Below, one piece after another: positions 43,919 to 53,517 of a stretch of 61,332 nucleotides of DNA. Both the position numbers and the translations under genes were made by a program. The notes beneath the pieces are model-generated. The model made no database searches, had not been told where the DNA came from, and saw nothing but the letters and a program-made list of their open reading frames with translations. The stretch is taken from positions 1 to 61,332 of IMG/VR virus record IMGVR_UViG_3300005253_000079. One strand, given 5' to 3'. This stretch comes from a virus. Lineage: Duplodnaviria; Caudoviricetes. Position 1 is the stretch's first letter, and each line of letters begins with the position of its first letter.

Positions 43919-46380
43919 CTACCTATAACGACCTCACGTCTCTAGGTCCTAGTCAGCCTGTAGCAGAGCTTAGGTGCAAGCTGCTCAAACTAGACGGGAC
44001 TAACCTATGGGAAGACGGCAGACTGCCTATCCTAGCTAACCTATTACCTGGCGATGTTGTGCGCTGTCGTCCCTCAGCTCTACCCTTCTGGCGTGGCGCT
44101 CCCTTCGGTGTCATCGTCCAGGTAATAGAAGATCCTCCTTATGAGGATCCGATTAGATACCGCTACGGTAGCTGGCTGGTTTGGGCATTAGTCCAGGAGG
44201 GACTAGAATCATCTGTAGCTAAGGCTCTGGTGAAAAGTCCGCCCAAGTCCGATAAGCACCAGCACTGGGATGCATACCAGAGGGGCATAGGGACTGCTGT
44301 AGCGGTGTTGGATGCTCCACGTCAGGAGGCCGAGAGCGTTGCTGGACCTCCGCTCTCAAGCAAAACCTCATCAGACGTTGATGATCCGTTCTCTTGGCGT
44401 GTAGCCTCTAACAACGCTCCCAAAGGATCTATGTCGGCTAGCTATATACATGACCTGGAGCACCTGCTTAAAGATGTAAATTCCAGAGAAATAGTCGGCG
44501 TAGACGTAGAGACTGACATAGCTGGCGCTGAGCCTAACGAGGTCAAGGATACCCTAGTTGGCCTATCCCTGGTAGTCGGTAACAAGGGGGTTTACTATAC
44601 TAGAGAGTTGCTTGGAGAGTTGTGGCCCCTGTTGCAACGCGCTAGACTAGTTGGTGCCAACATCAAGTATGACCTAACGGTCATGACTAGGGCTGCTGCC
44701 GAGGACGGGTACGAGCTATCATTTACTAAGGACAACGTAGCCGGGGATAGCATGGTAGCGGCCTACCTCCTGTGCCTCCCCTCGGGCAGACTAAAGGACA
44801 CGGTTAAGTCAGAGTATGGTCATACTATGATGACCTATGACGACGTGACTGGTGGTGGGAAGCTGAAGATCTCTGAGGTTGATCCCAAGGTTACAGCCTC
44901 CTACTGCGTAGCCGATGCGTGGTGGGCTAAGAAGTTAGAAGCTGACCTCTGGGATAGGATGGTAGCAGAAGGAAGCCATAATGGTAGCTCACGGTCCTGT
45001 GTATTGTATAAGGATGTAGACCTACCTCTAATCCCTGTGTTAGTTGGGATGGAACTGAGAGGTATGAGGTTTGACAGGGATAAGGCAACCCTAGAGCTAA
45101 ATGAGACTATAGGTAATATCGATCGCACAACCTATTACATCAATATGAGGGCAAAGGGAACAGGCTTTAGCGTACCCGATCAGCGCAACGTATGCAGATC
45201 CTGTCGCAATGGTAAGAAGAAGCGAGCTACCTGCACCGAGTGTAGTGGTGTTGGAGCGCTCTTCTCCCACACGCCTGTTAACCCAGGATCAGGTCAGCAG
45301 ATCAGTCAGTGGCTTTTTGGCACAGACAAGAGCCTCGGCCATCTAGGACTACCAATACAGCGTGTCAGCCGGAAGACTAAGACTCCATCAACTGATAGTC
45401 TATCTCTACTCCGAAGCAAAGACCTACACCCTGTAGTTGGGATGCTATTGAGCTACAAACACTTAGTCAAATATAGGGGCTACCTTGAGTCTTGGCTAGA
45501 GGAGTCAGAACGTGATGGTAGGCTACACTCAGTCTTCTCCAATGCTACCGTGGTGAGTGGTCGGTTAAGCTCTAAGGAGCCTAACTTGCAGCAGGTCAGT
45601 GGGAGCTGGCGGTCCATGTTCACTGCTTCGGAGGGTAAGGTCTTACTTGCTGCCGACGAGAGTCAGTTTGAGGTGCGGATTGCTGCGTTCCAGTCACGCG
45701 ATCCTCAGCTAATGAAACTTGTTAACGCCCCCTCTGGTACGTTCGAGGGTGACTTACACGCTCAGACCATGTATCACGTATTCGGTATTCCCATTAGTCA
45801 GCATAAGGAGTTTAGTCATATCCGACAGACTGCTAAGGTCTACAACTTTATGGGCCTGTTCTATGGTGCCAAGCCTCCGTCCTTGGTGGAGCGTATTGAG
45901 AAGCTTGCACTAGAGAACCCTGAACTTAACATTAAAATTCCAACTGTTAAGGAGGCAGCCAAGGCCCTGGCCGGTGTCAAAGAACTATATAAAGTCTATA
46001 GCCAGGAGTACGTGCCAACTACAATAGCACGGGCGAGGGACAGAGGTAATATATTCTACACCGCATTTGGTAGGCCGCGAGTGATCGACTACCTTACGTC
46101 AGGTTACAAGGAAGAGAGGGAGGCGGGCGAGAGGGAGGGTGTCAACCATACGATCCAAGGCACAGCCGCAGATTTAATGAGGAAGGCTATGAATCTGGCT
46201 GATACACTGGAACATGGAAGCCTGCTAGCACAGAACCATGACGAGCTAATCTTCGATGTAGATCCAGACTGGCTAGAGTGGTATACTAATAGGGTGCGGA
46301 CGGTGATGGAATTAGGGCAGCCACTAGAGGGTGTGCCTTTAGTTGTTGATATAAGAAGCGGGCCGACGTGGGCCAAGTAG
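43903..46380 (+). CDS. polA: DNA polymerase family A with 3'-5' exonuclease, N-terminal extension and zinc-finger insertion
   Basis: ExoI DVETD, ExoII NIKYD, ExoIII YCVAD; GRLSS.EPNLQQ; motif A DESQFEVR, B RQTAKVYNFMGLFYG, C HDEL. Confidence 0.95.
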   Translation: MEIFVTTYNDLTSLGPSQPVAELRCKLLKLDGTNLWEDGRLPILANLLPGDVVRCRPSALPFWRGAPFGVIVQVIEDPPYEDPIRYRYGSWLVWALVQEGLESSVAKALVKSPPKSDKHQHWDAYQRGIGTAVAVLDAPRQEAESVAGPPLSSKTSSDVDDPFSWRVASNNAPKGSMSASYIHDLEHLLKDVNSREIVGVDVETDIAGAEPNEVKDTLVGLSLVVGNKGVYYTRELLGELWPLLQRARLVGANIKYDLTVMTRAAAEDGYELSFTKDNVAGDSMVAAYLLCLPSGRLKDTVKSEYGHTMMTYDDVTGGGKLKISEVDPKVTASYCVADAWWAKKLEADLWDRMVAEGSHNGSSRSCVLYKDVDLPLIPVLVGMELRGMRFDRDKATLELNETIGNIDRTTYYINMRAKGTGFSVPDQRNVCRSCRNGKKKRATCTECSGVGALFSHTPVNPGSGQQISQWLFGTDKSLGHLGLPIQRVSRKTKTPSTDSLSLLRSKDLHPVVGMLLSYKHLVKYRGYLESWLEESERDGRLHSVFSNATVVSGRLSSKEPNLQQVSGSWRSMFTASEGKVLLAADESQFEVRIAAFQSRDPQLMKLVNAPSGTFEGDLHAQTMYHVFGIPISQHKEFSHIRQTAKVYNFMGLFYGAKPPSLVERIEKLALENPELNIKIPTVKEAAKALAGVKELYKVYSQEYVPTTIARARDRGNIFYTAFGRPRVIDYLTSGYKEEREAGEREGVNHTIQGTAADLMRKAMNLADTLEHGSLLAQNHDELIFDVDPDWLEWYTNRVRTVMELGQPLEGVPLVVDIRSGPTWAK

Positions 46381-46400
46381 TTAGGACGAGGAGGTAAGCA

Positions 46401-46634
46401 ATGTTAAAGTATATTAGTCTCAGGATTAGCGAGAACGGTCATCTTTCTCTACTAGCCTACAGTAGTACTGTTGATCTAGCTGTAGCCATCGAGAAAAAGG
46501 CGGCTGATTATGGAGGTAGTAAGGTTAGGGTTTTTAGGATCAACGTTATTGATGAAGACCAAATTGACCTTACTGAGCGGGTGAAAAGAGATAGTTATTA
46601 TTATACCTCTCCAGAGAGATCCTTTATTCAGTAG
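46401..46634 (+). CDS. Hypothetical protein
   Basis: GGAGGT SD. Confidence 0.65.
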   Translation: MLKYISLRISENGHLSLLAYSSTVDLAVAIEKKAADYGGSKVRVFRINVIDEDQIDLTERVKRDSYYYTSPERSFIQ

Positions 46635-46647
46635 GAGGTAACCGACA

Positions 46648-47574
46648 ATGACTGACTCGTGGCATAGCTACCCATCCGTCTACGCTCTAGGACACAGCGC
46701 CTTAGTCGGACTATTAGAAGGTGATGTTGTTGTCCAGGAGAAGATAGACGGCTCACAGTTTAGCTTCGGAATCATTGACGGTGAGCTTAAGGTCAGGTCT
46801 AAGGGCAAACTCATGGAGATTGACGCTCCTGAGAAGATGTTTGCAGGAGCTGTCAAGACAGTCAAGAACATAGCTAGTGATCTAATACCTGACTGGACGT
46901 ATAGGGCTGAGGTCCTATCGAAGCCTAAGCACAACGCCTTGAAGTATGATCGTGTACCAGAAGGGAACCTTATCCTCTTTGACATCAACATTGGGCTTGA
47001 AAAGTACAAGAGGCCGTCTGGACTTGCGAAAGAGGCTCATCGTCTAGGTCTTGAGTTTGTTCCAACGTTCTATAGTGATGATGGTGTTAGCATAACAATA
47101 GACGTGATCACCGAGTTCCTCCTCGAGGATTCCTGCCTCGGTGGCACGAAGATCGAAGGCATAGTCATAAAGAACTATAGCCGCTTTGGTAAGGACAAGA
47201 AGGTCCTCATGGGCAAGTACGTCAGTGAAGCCTTCAAGGAAGTCCATAGGACGGCATGGAGTAAGGCTAACCCTCACGCTAAGGACATTGTGCAGTCACT
47301 AGTCGAGACCTATCGGACAGAGTCAAGGTGGCAGAAGGCTGTGCAGCACCTGCAAGAACGGGGTGAGTTGGAAGGCAGCCCACGAGATATAGGTAAGTTG
47401 ATCAAGGAGACCCAAGAAGATATATACAAAGAGAGCAGTGATGATATTAAGTTTGCGTTGTTCGTATGGGCTTGGCCTAAAGTGCAGCGAGCTGTCATTG
47501 CCGGTCTGCCTGAGTGGTACAAGGAAAGTCTGTTAGCGAAGCAGTTTGAGTCGGAGGAAGATACAGATGCCTAA
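46648..47574 (+). CDS. ATP-dependent RNA ligase-like nucleotidyltransferase (Rnl2-like)
   Basis: QEKIDGSQF motif I, YRAE, LFDI, EGIVIK, K.V...FKE. Confidence 0.85.
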   Translation: MTDSWHSYPSVYALGHSALVGLLEGDVVVQEKIDGSQFSFGIIDGELKVRSKGKLMEIDAPEKMFAGAVKTVKNIASDLIPDWTYRAEVLSKPKHNALKYDRVPEGNLILFDINIGLEKYKRPSGLAKEAHRLGLEFVPTFYSDDGVSITIDVITEFLLEDSCLGGTKIEGIVIKNYSRFGKDKKVLMGKYVSEAFKEVHRTAWSKANPHAKDIVQSLVETYRTESRWQKAVQHLQERGELEGSPRDIGKLIKETQEDIYKESSDDIKFALFVWAWPKVQRAVIAGLPEWYKESLLAKQFESEEDTDA

Positions 47575-47776
47575 GAACCATCCTATCGTAGATCGCTACC
47601 CCTTAGGGCAGGGCGGACTCCAGATCAGCTATTGGACCGAGCCTGGCGAGTACGGAATTGGGGGTATATTTGATCTTAAGTTATTCCATTCAATAGTTGG
47701 CTGGAGGCTGTCAGGTGAGGTTGGGCTACGCATTTGGACGTTTAGTTTATGGTTAAACTTCCCTACCCCACCGTAG
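47567..47776 (+). CDS. Hypothetical protein (MPKNHP...)
   Basis: GGAGG SD. Confidence 0.55.
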   Translation: MPKNHPIVDRYPLGQGGLQISYWTEPGEYGIGGIFDLKLFHSIVGWRLSGEVGLRIWTFSLWLNFPTPP

Positions 47777-47785
47777 GAGAGACTA

Positions 47786-48166
47786 ATGCCCAACTACGTT
47801 TACAGATGCAGCAATGGTCACGTCTTTGAGAGGAGGGCAGGCTTCAATGCTAAAGAAACCTCTTGCTCGTTCTGCGGAAGTCTTGCCGTGCGAGATGAGG
47901 TCTACAAAGACCAAGGCGTCATATTCAAGGGAGGGGGGTGGGGAGGTAAGTCGGCGATCGCCTCGCCGCCGGAAAGTCCGTCACCCCCGTCGAGCGAAGG
48001 AGAGTCGCCCGATGTCAACTTCGAGAAGCTCGATCAGTTCGCGCAAGAAAACTACGACCACGACCGAAACGTTAGACCCTACGTCAAAGAGGAAGCAGAT
48101 AAAGAGCGACGACGAAAGAGACGTAGACAACGACGTTCTGATCTACAGGCCGGTAGTCAGGGATGA
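47786..48166 (+). CDS. FmdB-like zinc-ribbon protein
   Basis: MPNYVYRC..GH.FE...C..CG...VIFKGGGW. Confidence 0.8.
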   Translation: MPNYVYRCSNGHVFERRAGFNAKETSCSFCGSLAVRDEVYKDQGVIFKGGGWGGKSAIASPPESPSPPSSEGESPDVNFEKLDQFAQENYDHDRNVRPYVKEEADKERRRKRRRQRRSDLQAGSQG

Positions 48167-48273
48167 GGATCTACCAGGCTACCAAGAGAGTCTGGAATTC
48201 TGGCAGTCTCTCAAGCCGCTGCATACAAGTGAATGTATGTGTAGCCGATGTAGTATAAGCAGGAGGTGAGTAT

Positions 48274-48429
48274 ATGACTGACTTGCTAGTACATGACTGC
48301 TCAGTTGATAGCATAGATATGGCTTATGAGCTGAGGAGGATAGAAAATCTTATAGAAAGACATTTTGAGAAGAGGGATCTCTTGCTTATTGTACTTGAGA
48401 GAATGGTTGAGAGGATGCGAACTAGCTAA
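48274..48429 (+). CDS. 51-aa hypothetical protein
   Basis: Manual translation; AGGAGGT SD, TAATG overlap. Confidence 0.55.
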   Translation: MTDLLVHDCSVDSIDMAYELRRIENLIERHFEKRDLLLIVLERMVERMRTS

Positions 48430-49097
48430 TGGACAACAAGCCAGCAGTCGTCCCTCCTACCTACCCGCTCGTTGACGTTACGATTGACCCGCAGTTTGCG
48501 GCGATCAGCCAGTTCCTCGGTATGCTCGAGGAGTCCGAACGGAAGCGGACCGTCAAGCGGTCCTACTCCGTCAACATACCACGCGATCTAGACGATGGTA
48601 TTGATCGCATAGTACATGATACTCGCTGTGGCTATGATCACAATCTAGCTGTATTCATACTGCATGCTGTCTGGTTACTTGCTAACGCTTATAACGAGCT
48701 GGGCTACCCAGACGTTAACATAGGTGCCGAGCTAGTCCATGAGAAGCGAGTCAGGGAGGATGCTGAGCAAGCAAGGAAGCGCAATGCCTACATTGACGCC
48801 CTCCACCAGTACGATGATGAGATGAACCTAGCTAGGCGTAACGGTGATTGGCAGTCAATCGACGCGCATCTTAATATAGTTGAGTCCTACATTAGCAATG
48901 CTCCTACTGCGGCTGCTAGGCAACGGGTGCTCGGGGCATCAGCTAGTAGCTTTAGTTTGCAGCAGGCTGTCATCTTCCTAGACGAGCGTAGTCGGGACGA
49001 TCCTGACATACCTGATGTAGTCAGAGAGAGAGTGGCTAGGTGGAGGGCATACTTGGAAGACGTTAGCCTGGAGAAGTATCACATTAGTTTAGCCTAG
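48429..49097 (+). CDS. Putative ribbon-helix-helix regulator
   Basis: RSYSVNIPRDLDDGIDRIV...LAVFILHAV resembles RHH. Confidence 0.5.
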   Translation: MDNKPAVVPPTYPLVDVTIDPQFAAISQFLGMLEESERKRTVKRSYSVNIPRDLDDGIDRIVHDTRCGYDHNLAVFILHAVWLLANAYNELGYPDVNIGAELVHEKRVREDAEQARKRNAYIDALHQYDDEMNLARRNGDWQSIDAHLNIVESYISNAPTAAARQRVLGASASSFSLQQAVIFLDERSRDDPDIPDVVRERVARWRAYLEDVSLEKYHISLA

Positions 49098-49109
49098 AAG
49101 GAGTATGAT

Positions 49110-49214
49110 ATGGACAACGAAGCGCAGATATGGTTGATTATAGCTGTTACTACATTTGGTTATGGGTGAGGCCTGTTCGTTGGCTGGATTATCTGGGGCC
49201 AGCTAGGGGGTTGA
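49110..49214 (+). pseudogene. TM micro-ORF interrupted by in-frame TGA
   Basis: MDNEAQIWLIIAVTTFGYG*GLFVGWIIWGQLGG*; AAGGAG SD. Confidence 0.45.
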
Positions 49215-49239
49215 CACCGACTTTCTAGTATGGTAGACT
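49211..49239 (+). promoter_or_regulatory. Sigma70-type promoter for the helicase/recombination block
   Basis: TTGACA-17 nt-TAGACT with TGn. Confidence 0.75.
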
Positions 49240-49288
49240 AGAGCTGAACTAGTCTGAATGAATCTAACTGACTAAAGGGAGGCATACC

Positions 49289-49600
49289 TTGTCTGAAAAC
49301 GTACCCGATCTTTCTAACATCGCATCCGAACAGCAGAAGAAAGCTGCTACCGATCCGGCACTCCAGGGGGCAGCAGATCTTAGTAACCCTCTACTCGAGA
49401 AGCTTCGTAGCTTCATAACAGACATAGCACCTTACAAGCCCGTGACCGTGTTTGCTATTGCAATGACTGAGAATGGTCAGATTGTTTCGACGGGTGACGG
49501 AGTAGGAGGTCCTGTTCAAATACTCGGAATGTTACAAATAGGCGAGTACCTGGTTATGCAGAGACTTTCGAGTGCCAGACCGCCTAACATGCCCAACTAG
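49289..49600 (+). CDS. Hypothetical protein
   Basis: GGAGG SD, TTG start. Confidence 0.7.
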   Translation: MSENVPDLSNIASEQQKKAATDPALQGAADLSNPLLEKLRSFITDIAPYKPVTVFAIAMTENGQIVSTGDGVGGPVQILGMLQIGEYLVMQRLSSARPPNMPN

Positions 49601-49619
49601 TCAAGGATAGGATGTTACA

Positions 49620-49826
49620 ATGAGGCTTCCAAGACTTGCTCACCGCGTTTATGCTTGGTTTTTCGGCTACTACTGGCTTCCTTGTCCTTGGTGCCACCAT
49701 CATTTTGGAGGCCATGAGCGGCATGGGATTTGGTGGCAGACTACCTACAAGGATGGGTCAAAAAAGGGAGTTTCCATCTGTACGTCCTGCCAAAGTCGGG
49801 TTGAAGAACTGAGCGTCAATCTATAG
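49620..49826 (+). CDS. Small zinc-binding hypothetical protein
   Basis: GYYWLPCPWC...FGGHE...CTSC. Confidence 0.65.
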   Translation: MRLPRLAHRVYAWFFGYYWLPCPWCHHHFGGHERHGIWWQTTYKDGSKKGVSICTSCQSRVEELSVNL

Positions 49827-49828
49827 TC

Positions 49829-51478
49829 ATGCGAGTACCTGATCGTCCTAGCGAACTCGGTATCGACACAGCCGATGGCCTCGACTCGTGGCGTCCTACG
49901 CAGGTCGAGACGATCGAAGCTATCATCGACGCCTACGAGGTTGAAGGTAAACGCTTTGTTCTTGCTAACATGCCGACAGGCGCAGGCAAGACTATAGTTG
50001 CCACGGCGGTACAGAGACTACTTGACTGCTCGTCTGTTAGCCTGACTCATACGATAGCATTGGAGAAACAATATGCAGAGACTATGCCCTGGGCTACTGT
50101 GGTTACAGGCAGACGGAACCATCCGTGTGATCTACCCAACGACATACCCGGACTTGATCTTGACGGTGACACGCTCATGGCCGACCGCGCTCCGTGTGCC
50201 CACGGAGACGACTGCGAATATATACGTCCAGATGGCTGCTCGTATTATCGCATGCTTTACCGAGCATCAGACAGCCGCCAGATAATAACTAACTATGCCT
50301 ACGCTACTCGAATATTCCAAGCGTACAGGCTCCGAGGCATGGGTGATCGTAACCCATTCCACCGCCAACTCCTAGTCTGTGACGAAGGTGACCTGGCCGA
50401 GGATGCGGTGGTTGCAGCAGCACAGATCAGGATCACAGCTAAGACGTGGGCTCCTCATGGGGCTCCTATGCAGAGTCGGGACGTGGGTATCTGGGCTGAT
50501 TGGGCGAGGTCGCTACGACCTCGTATACAGAAAGAACTTGACGGACTCAAGGATAAGTCTCTAGGTGAGCTAGAAGCTGGTGAGATCAAGAGGCGTAGTA
50601 CACTGCGCTGGATGGTTAACACAGTCTCATCTATAGCTGGCATAAACGTCGAGCAGCAGGACGAGTACATAGTAGGCCCATACGAAGGAGGTGTAGACAT
50701 TAGACCACTATGGGGCTGGACTGTAGCTCAACGTCTGTTATGGGGTTACTTTCCTCGCATTCTATTCATGTCTGCTACATTGGGAGATCCGAATGTATTA
50801 GTCCGGAAGCTAGGGATCCCAACTAGCGAGGTAAAGTACATTGACGTACCGTCTACGTTTAGTCCGGCTAATAGGCCGGTGTTTTACTGGCCCTTAGTCA
50901 GTGTTAGCCGAAAGACTAGTGAGTCGGAATGGGATAGGCTAGCTGATGCTATTAACTACCTAGCTAATCAGCCCGGCTTAGTTGATAAGAAGGGAGTTAT
51001 ACATACAGCATCGTTCGCTGTAGCCTCTAAGCTTAACGATAGACTACAGTCTAACCCTAGATTCATGACTCATAGTCGGGCTAGTCAGGACGGATCTGAG
51101 GGGCTATCGTTTGACCAAGCGTTAATGGTGTTCGAGAATACCAACTCGCCGTCCATCCTAATATCACCTAGCATGTCACACGGTATAGACTTACCGTATG
51201 TGATTGGCTGGCAGGCTATAGCTAAGGTTCCGTTTGCTAACCTGGGCGACCCAGTAGTCAAGGCTAGGAGAGACTATCGTGAAGGCAAGGACTCGTTTGG
51301 TAGGAGGAGCTATGATGCCGATGCGCTTAACAACGTGATACAGGCTACTGGTAGGGCGGTCAGAAGCCCTACTGATCGGGGAGTTAGCTATGTACTAGAT
51401 AGTAATTTCTACCCGCTCTATAAGAGAGCCTATAGTCCTAAGTCCTTTAGAGATGCGTTTAGGTGGTTAAAGAGATAA
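49829..51478 (+). CDS. DinG/XPD-family SF2 helicase with probable Fe-S cluster
   Basis: R..Q motif, MPTGAGKT, GR.N..C, four Cys, TNY, DEGD, MSAT, GIDL, K.PF, QATGRAVR...D.G. Confidence 0.92.
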   Translation: MRVPDRPSELGIDTADGLDSWRPTQVETIEAIIDAYEVEGKRFVLANMPTGAGKTIVATAVQRLLDCSSVSLTHTIALEKQYAETMPWATVVTGRRNHPCDLPNDIPGLDLDGDTLMADRAPCAHGDDCEYIRPDGCSYYRMLYRASDSRQIITNYAYATRIFQAYRLRGMGDRNPFHRQLLVCDEGDLAEDAVVAAAQIRITAKTWAPHGAPMQSRDVGIWADWARSLRPRIQKELDGLKDKSLGELEAGEIKRRSTLRWMVNTVSSIAGINVEQQDEYIVGPYEGGVDIRPLWGWTVAQRLLWGYFPRILFMSATLGDPNVLVRKLGIPTSEVKYIDVPSTFSPANRPVFYWPLVSVSRKTSESEWDRLADAINYLANQPGLVDKKGVIHTASFAVASKLNDRLQSNPRFMTHSRASQDGSEGLSFDQALMVFENTNSPSILISPSMSHGIDLPYVIGWQAIAKVPFANLGDPVVKARRDYREGKDSFGRRSYDADALNNVIQATGRAVRSPTDRGVSYVLDSNFYPLYKRAYSPKSFRDAFRWLKR

Positions 51479-51492
51479 GGAGGACACAGACT

Positions 51493-51681
51493 ATGTTGTC
51501 TAGAAAACTAGCAGGAGCGATAGCCGGTATGGTTGGGGTTAACACCATCATCGCTCTCACAGCCTACCAAGGTGTGCCGGTTGAGATAGCTCTCTCAGGC
51601 ATAGCCGCAGTTGCGGGTCTAGGAGGCTTCCAGGTGTTTCGACAGGCTAGGATTGATGAAGCAGGAGGAGGTGCCAACTAG
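51493..51681 (+). CDS. Two-TM holin-like protein
   Basis: MLSRKL.. start, two hydrophobic segments, Q..ID tail; AAGGAGG SD. Confidence 0.55.
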   Translation: MLSRKLAGAIAGMVGVNTIIALTAYQGVPVEIALSGIAAVAGLGGFQVFRQARIDEAGGGAN

Positions 51682-51734
51682 CTAATACCAACCTTACAAG
51701 CCAGATTAGTAATAGACTATAGGAGGATATAATA

Positions 51735-52544
51735 GTGACTGAAGAAACACAAGCCACAAACCCCGACGACTTTGGGGTAAGCATTGACCCGGCATCGTGG
51801 GAGGATCCAAAGGAGACCTTTCCTGGCGTAGTTGAGGTCAGTGAGAAGCGATGGGCTTCTGACAAGTACAAGGAGAGCAAGACATTCTGGGAGGGGTTCG
51901 ATCCTGCGACTCCGATCCCTCAGTGGGACCTTAGAGTCCGTAGGCTAGATGCTGTGCTCGTACTCCCTGATGGTACGCAGGCTCCAGCAGTCCGCTATGG
52001 GACTATCGATCTGAAGAAGTGGTCGAATCGGGATCGTAAGCTAGTTCCTCTCTCAAGTGCCTATAAGAAGGAATGGCTTATTGTCAACGAGTGGAAGAGA
52101 ATCTTTGGTAAGGTCGAACCGCCCGAGGTTATTGTCGGCAAGATTGCCATGTTTGACTTCTTCCGATCAAAGGCTCTACCTGGTAGTAGTATGCCAGCTA
52201 CCAACGTCCTGCTTCCAGTAACTGTCCTTCCACCCGACTACACGTTCGATGGCGAGGTACGTCTATTCCAAGTGCGTGAGCGGGCGGATGATAGCACATC
52301 TGAGACGGCAGACGAATCGGGTGTAAAGGAAGCCGCTGTCATTACTACCATTGATCCCAATGCAATCCTACCCTTTATCAATGGCAAGAACCGTAAGGAT
52401 GCAACAGGGATCATAACAAGTCTGCCTGAGGAGTTGCGACAGCCAACTCTCCTTTCGCAGATTGCTACAGGCGCACTCTTTGAGCAGCTCGCTTCTGACA
52501 AGAAGATTGAGATTGCCCCTGACGGAACCATTAGTCTGGTATAA
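51735..52544 (+). CDS. Putative ssDNA-binding/replication protein
   Basis: Beta-rich protein in the recombination block; strong SD; function inferred from position only. Confidence 0.4.
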   Translation: MTEETQATNPDDFGVSIDPASWEDPKETFPGVVEVSEKRWASDKYKESKTFWEGFDPATPIPQWDLRVRRLDAVLVLPDGTQAPAVRYGTIDLKKWSNRDRKLVPLSSAYKKEWLIVNEWKRIFGKVEPPEVIVGKIAMFDFFRSKALPGSSMPATNVLLPVTVLPPDYTFDGEVRLFQVRERADDSTSETADESGVKEAAVITTIDPNAILPFINGKNRKDATGIITSLPEELRQPTLLSQIATGALFEQLASDKKIEIAPDGTISLV

Positions 52545-52573
52545 AACTGAATCAACTTGAGGAGGATAAAACA

Positions 52574-52819
52574 ATGTCACCAGGTACAGCAGAAGTAAAC
52601 AGACCACCAACTGTGGAGGATCGTATTAGCCAAATCCGCACGGCTCTTATAGAAGCACACAATATTCTAGATGAGGTTGTGCCGAGAGATGACAAGCAGC
52701 CCGTCGAAGGCGAACCAAATCTCGGAATCCTAAGTGGGATTATTTCCTGCCAGGACAGACTGGACGAACTTCTGACTCGGCTACGCGATGTGGCGAACAC
52801 GGTAGGGCGTGTGAAGTAG
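52574..52819 (+). CDS. Small helical hypothetical protein
   Basis: GGAGG SD. Confidence 0.7.
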   Translation: MSPGTAEVNRPPTVEDRISQIRTALIEAHNILDEVVPRDDKQPVEGEPNLGILSGIISCQDRLDELLTRLRDVANTVGRVK

Positions 52820-52975
52820 GGACTAACCTGGGGTGTCTGTAGCGTAAGCGCAGAGGTCAACATGATGTTGATGTATTACGCCCCAGGTGGTGCGGACGCG
52901 GTGGGAGGGAGCTATTTGGCATAGTAATATGGCAACCAACCCCTCCCTCCCGCCGATTAGTAGGAGACCGATTAT

Positions 52976-53081
52976 AATGCTAATCATAATGCTTATCTTA
53001 GGTATCGCCATAGGACTTCTCGTAGGCTTTGTTGTATTAGTTGTGGCTCTGGCAAAGATAGGAGGTAGTTTTCTTAGCTGA
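52976..53081 (+). CDS. Small TM peptide (start approximate)
   Basis: AGGAG SD followed by MLIIMLILGIAIGLLVGF... Confidence 0.45.
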
Positions 53082-53082
53082 T

Positions 53083-53517
53083 ATGAAGATATACCTTATA
53101 GGCTCTCTCCGAAACCCTGCTGTTCCTCTCCTTGGCAATGAGCTAAGGAAACTAGGGTTTGAAGTGTTCGACGAGTGGTTCGGAGCAGGTCCAGAGGCCG
53201 ATGACTATTGGCAGAAGTATGAGCAGACTCGTGGGCGTCACTATAAGGAGGCCCTGTACGGCCTTGAGGCTGAGAACATATACTTGTTCGACCGACGCAA
53301 TCTCGACGCATCGGATCTCGCTGTTATGCTACTCCCTGCGGGCAAGTCTGGTCATATCGAGTTTGGCTATGCGATCGGTCAAGGGAAGCCTGGTTACATT
53401 TTATTTGATGAGGAGCCGGAACGTTGGGACGTTATGTATCAGTTTGCTTCGGGTGTTTTCTTTAATCAACAGGAGTTACTTTCTTCTATAAGTTCATGGG
53501 TAAGTGTTAGCCAATGA
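53083..53517 (+). CDS. Nucleoside 2-deoxyribosyltransferase/TIR-like fold protein
   Basis: KIYLIGS, GFEVF, D...LD.SD..V..LPAGKS.H.E.GYA.G.GKP. Confidence 0.8.
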   Translation: MKIYLIGSLRNPAVPLLGNELRKLGFEVFDEWFGAGPEADDYWQKYEQTRGRHYKEALYGLEAENIYLFDRRNLDASDLAVMLLPAGKSGHIEFGYAIGQGKPGYILFDEEPERWDVMYQFASGVFFNQQELLSSISSWVSVSQ

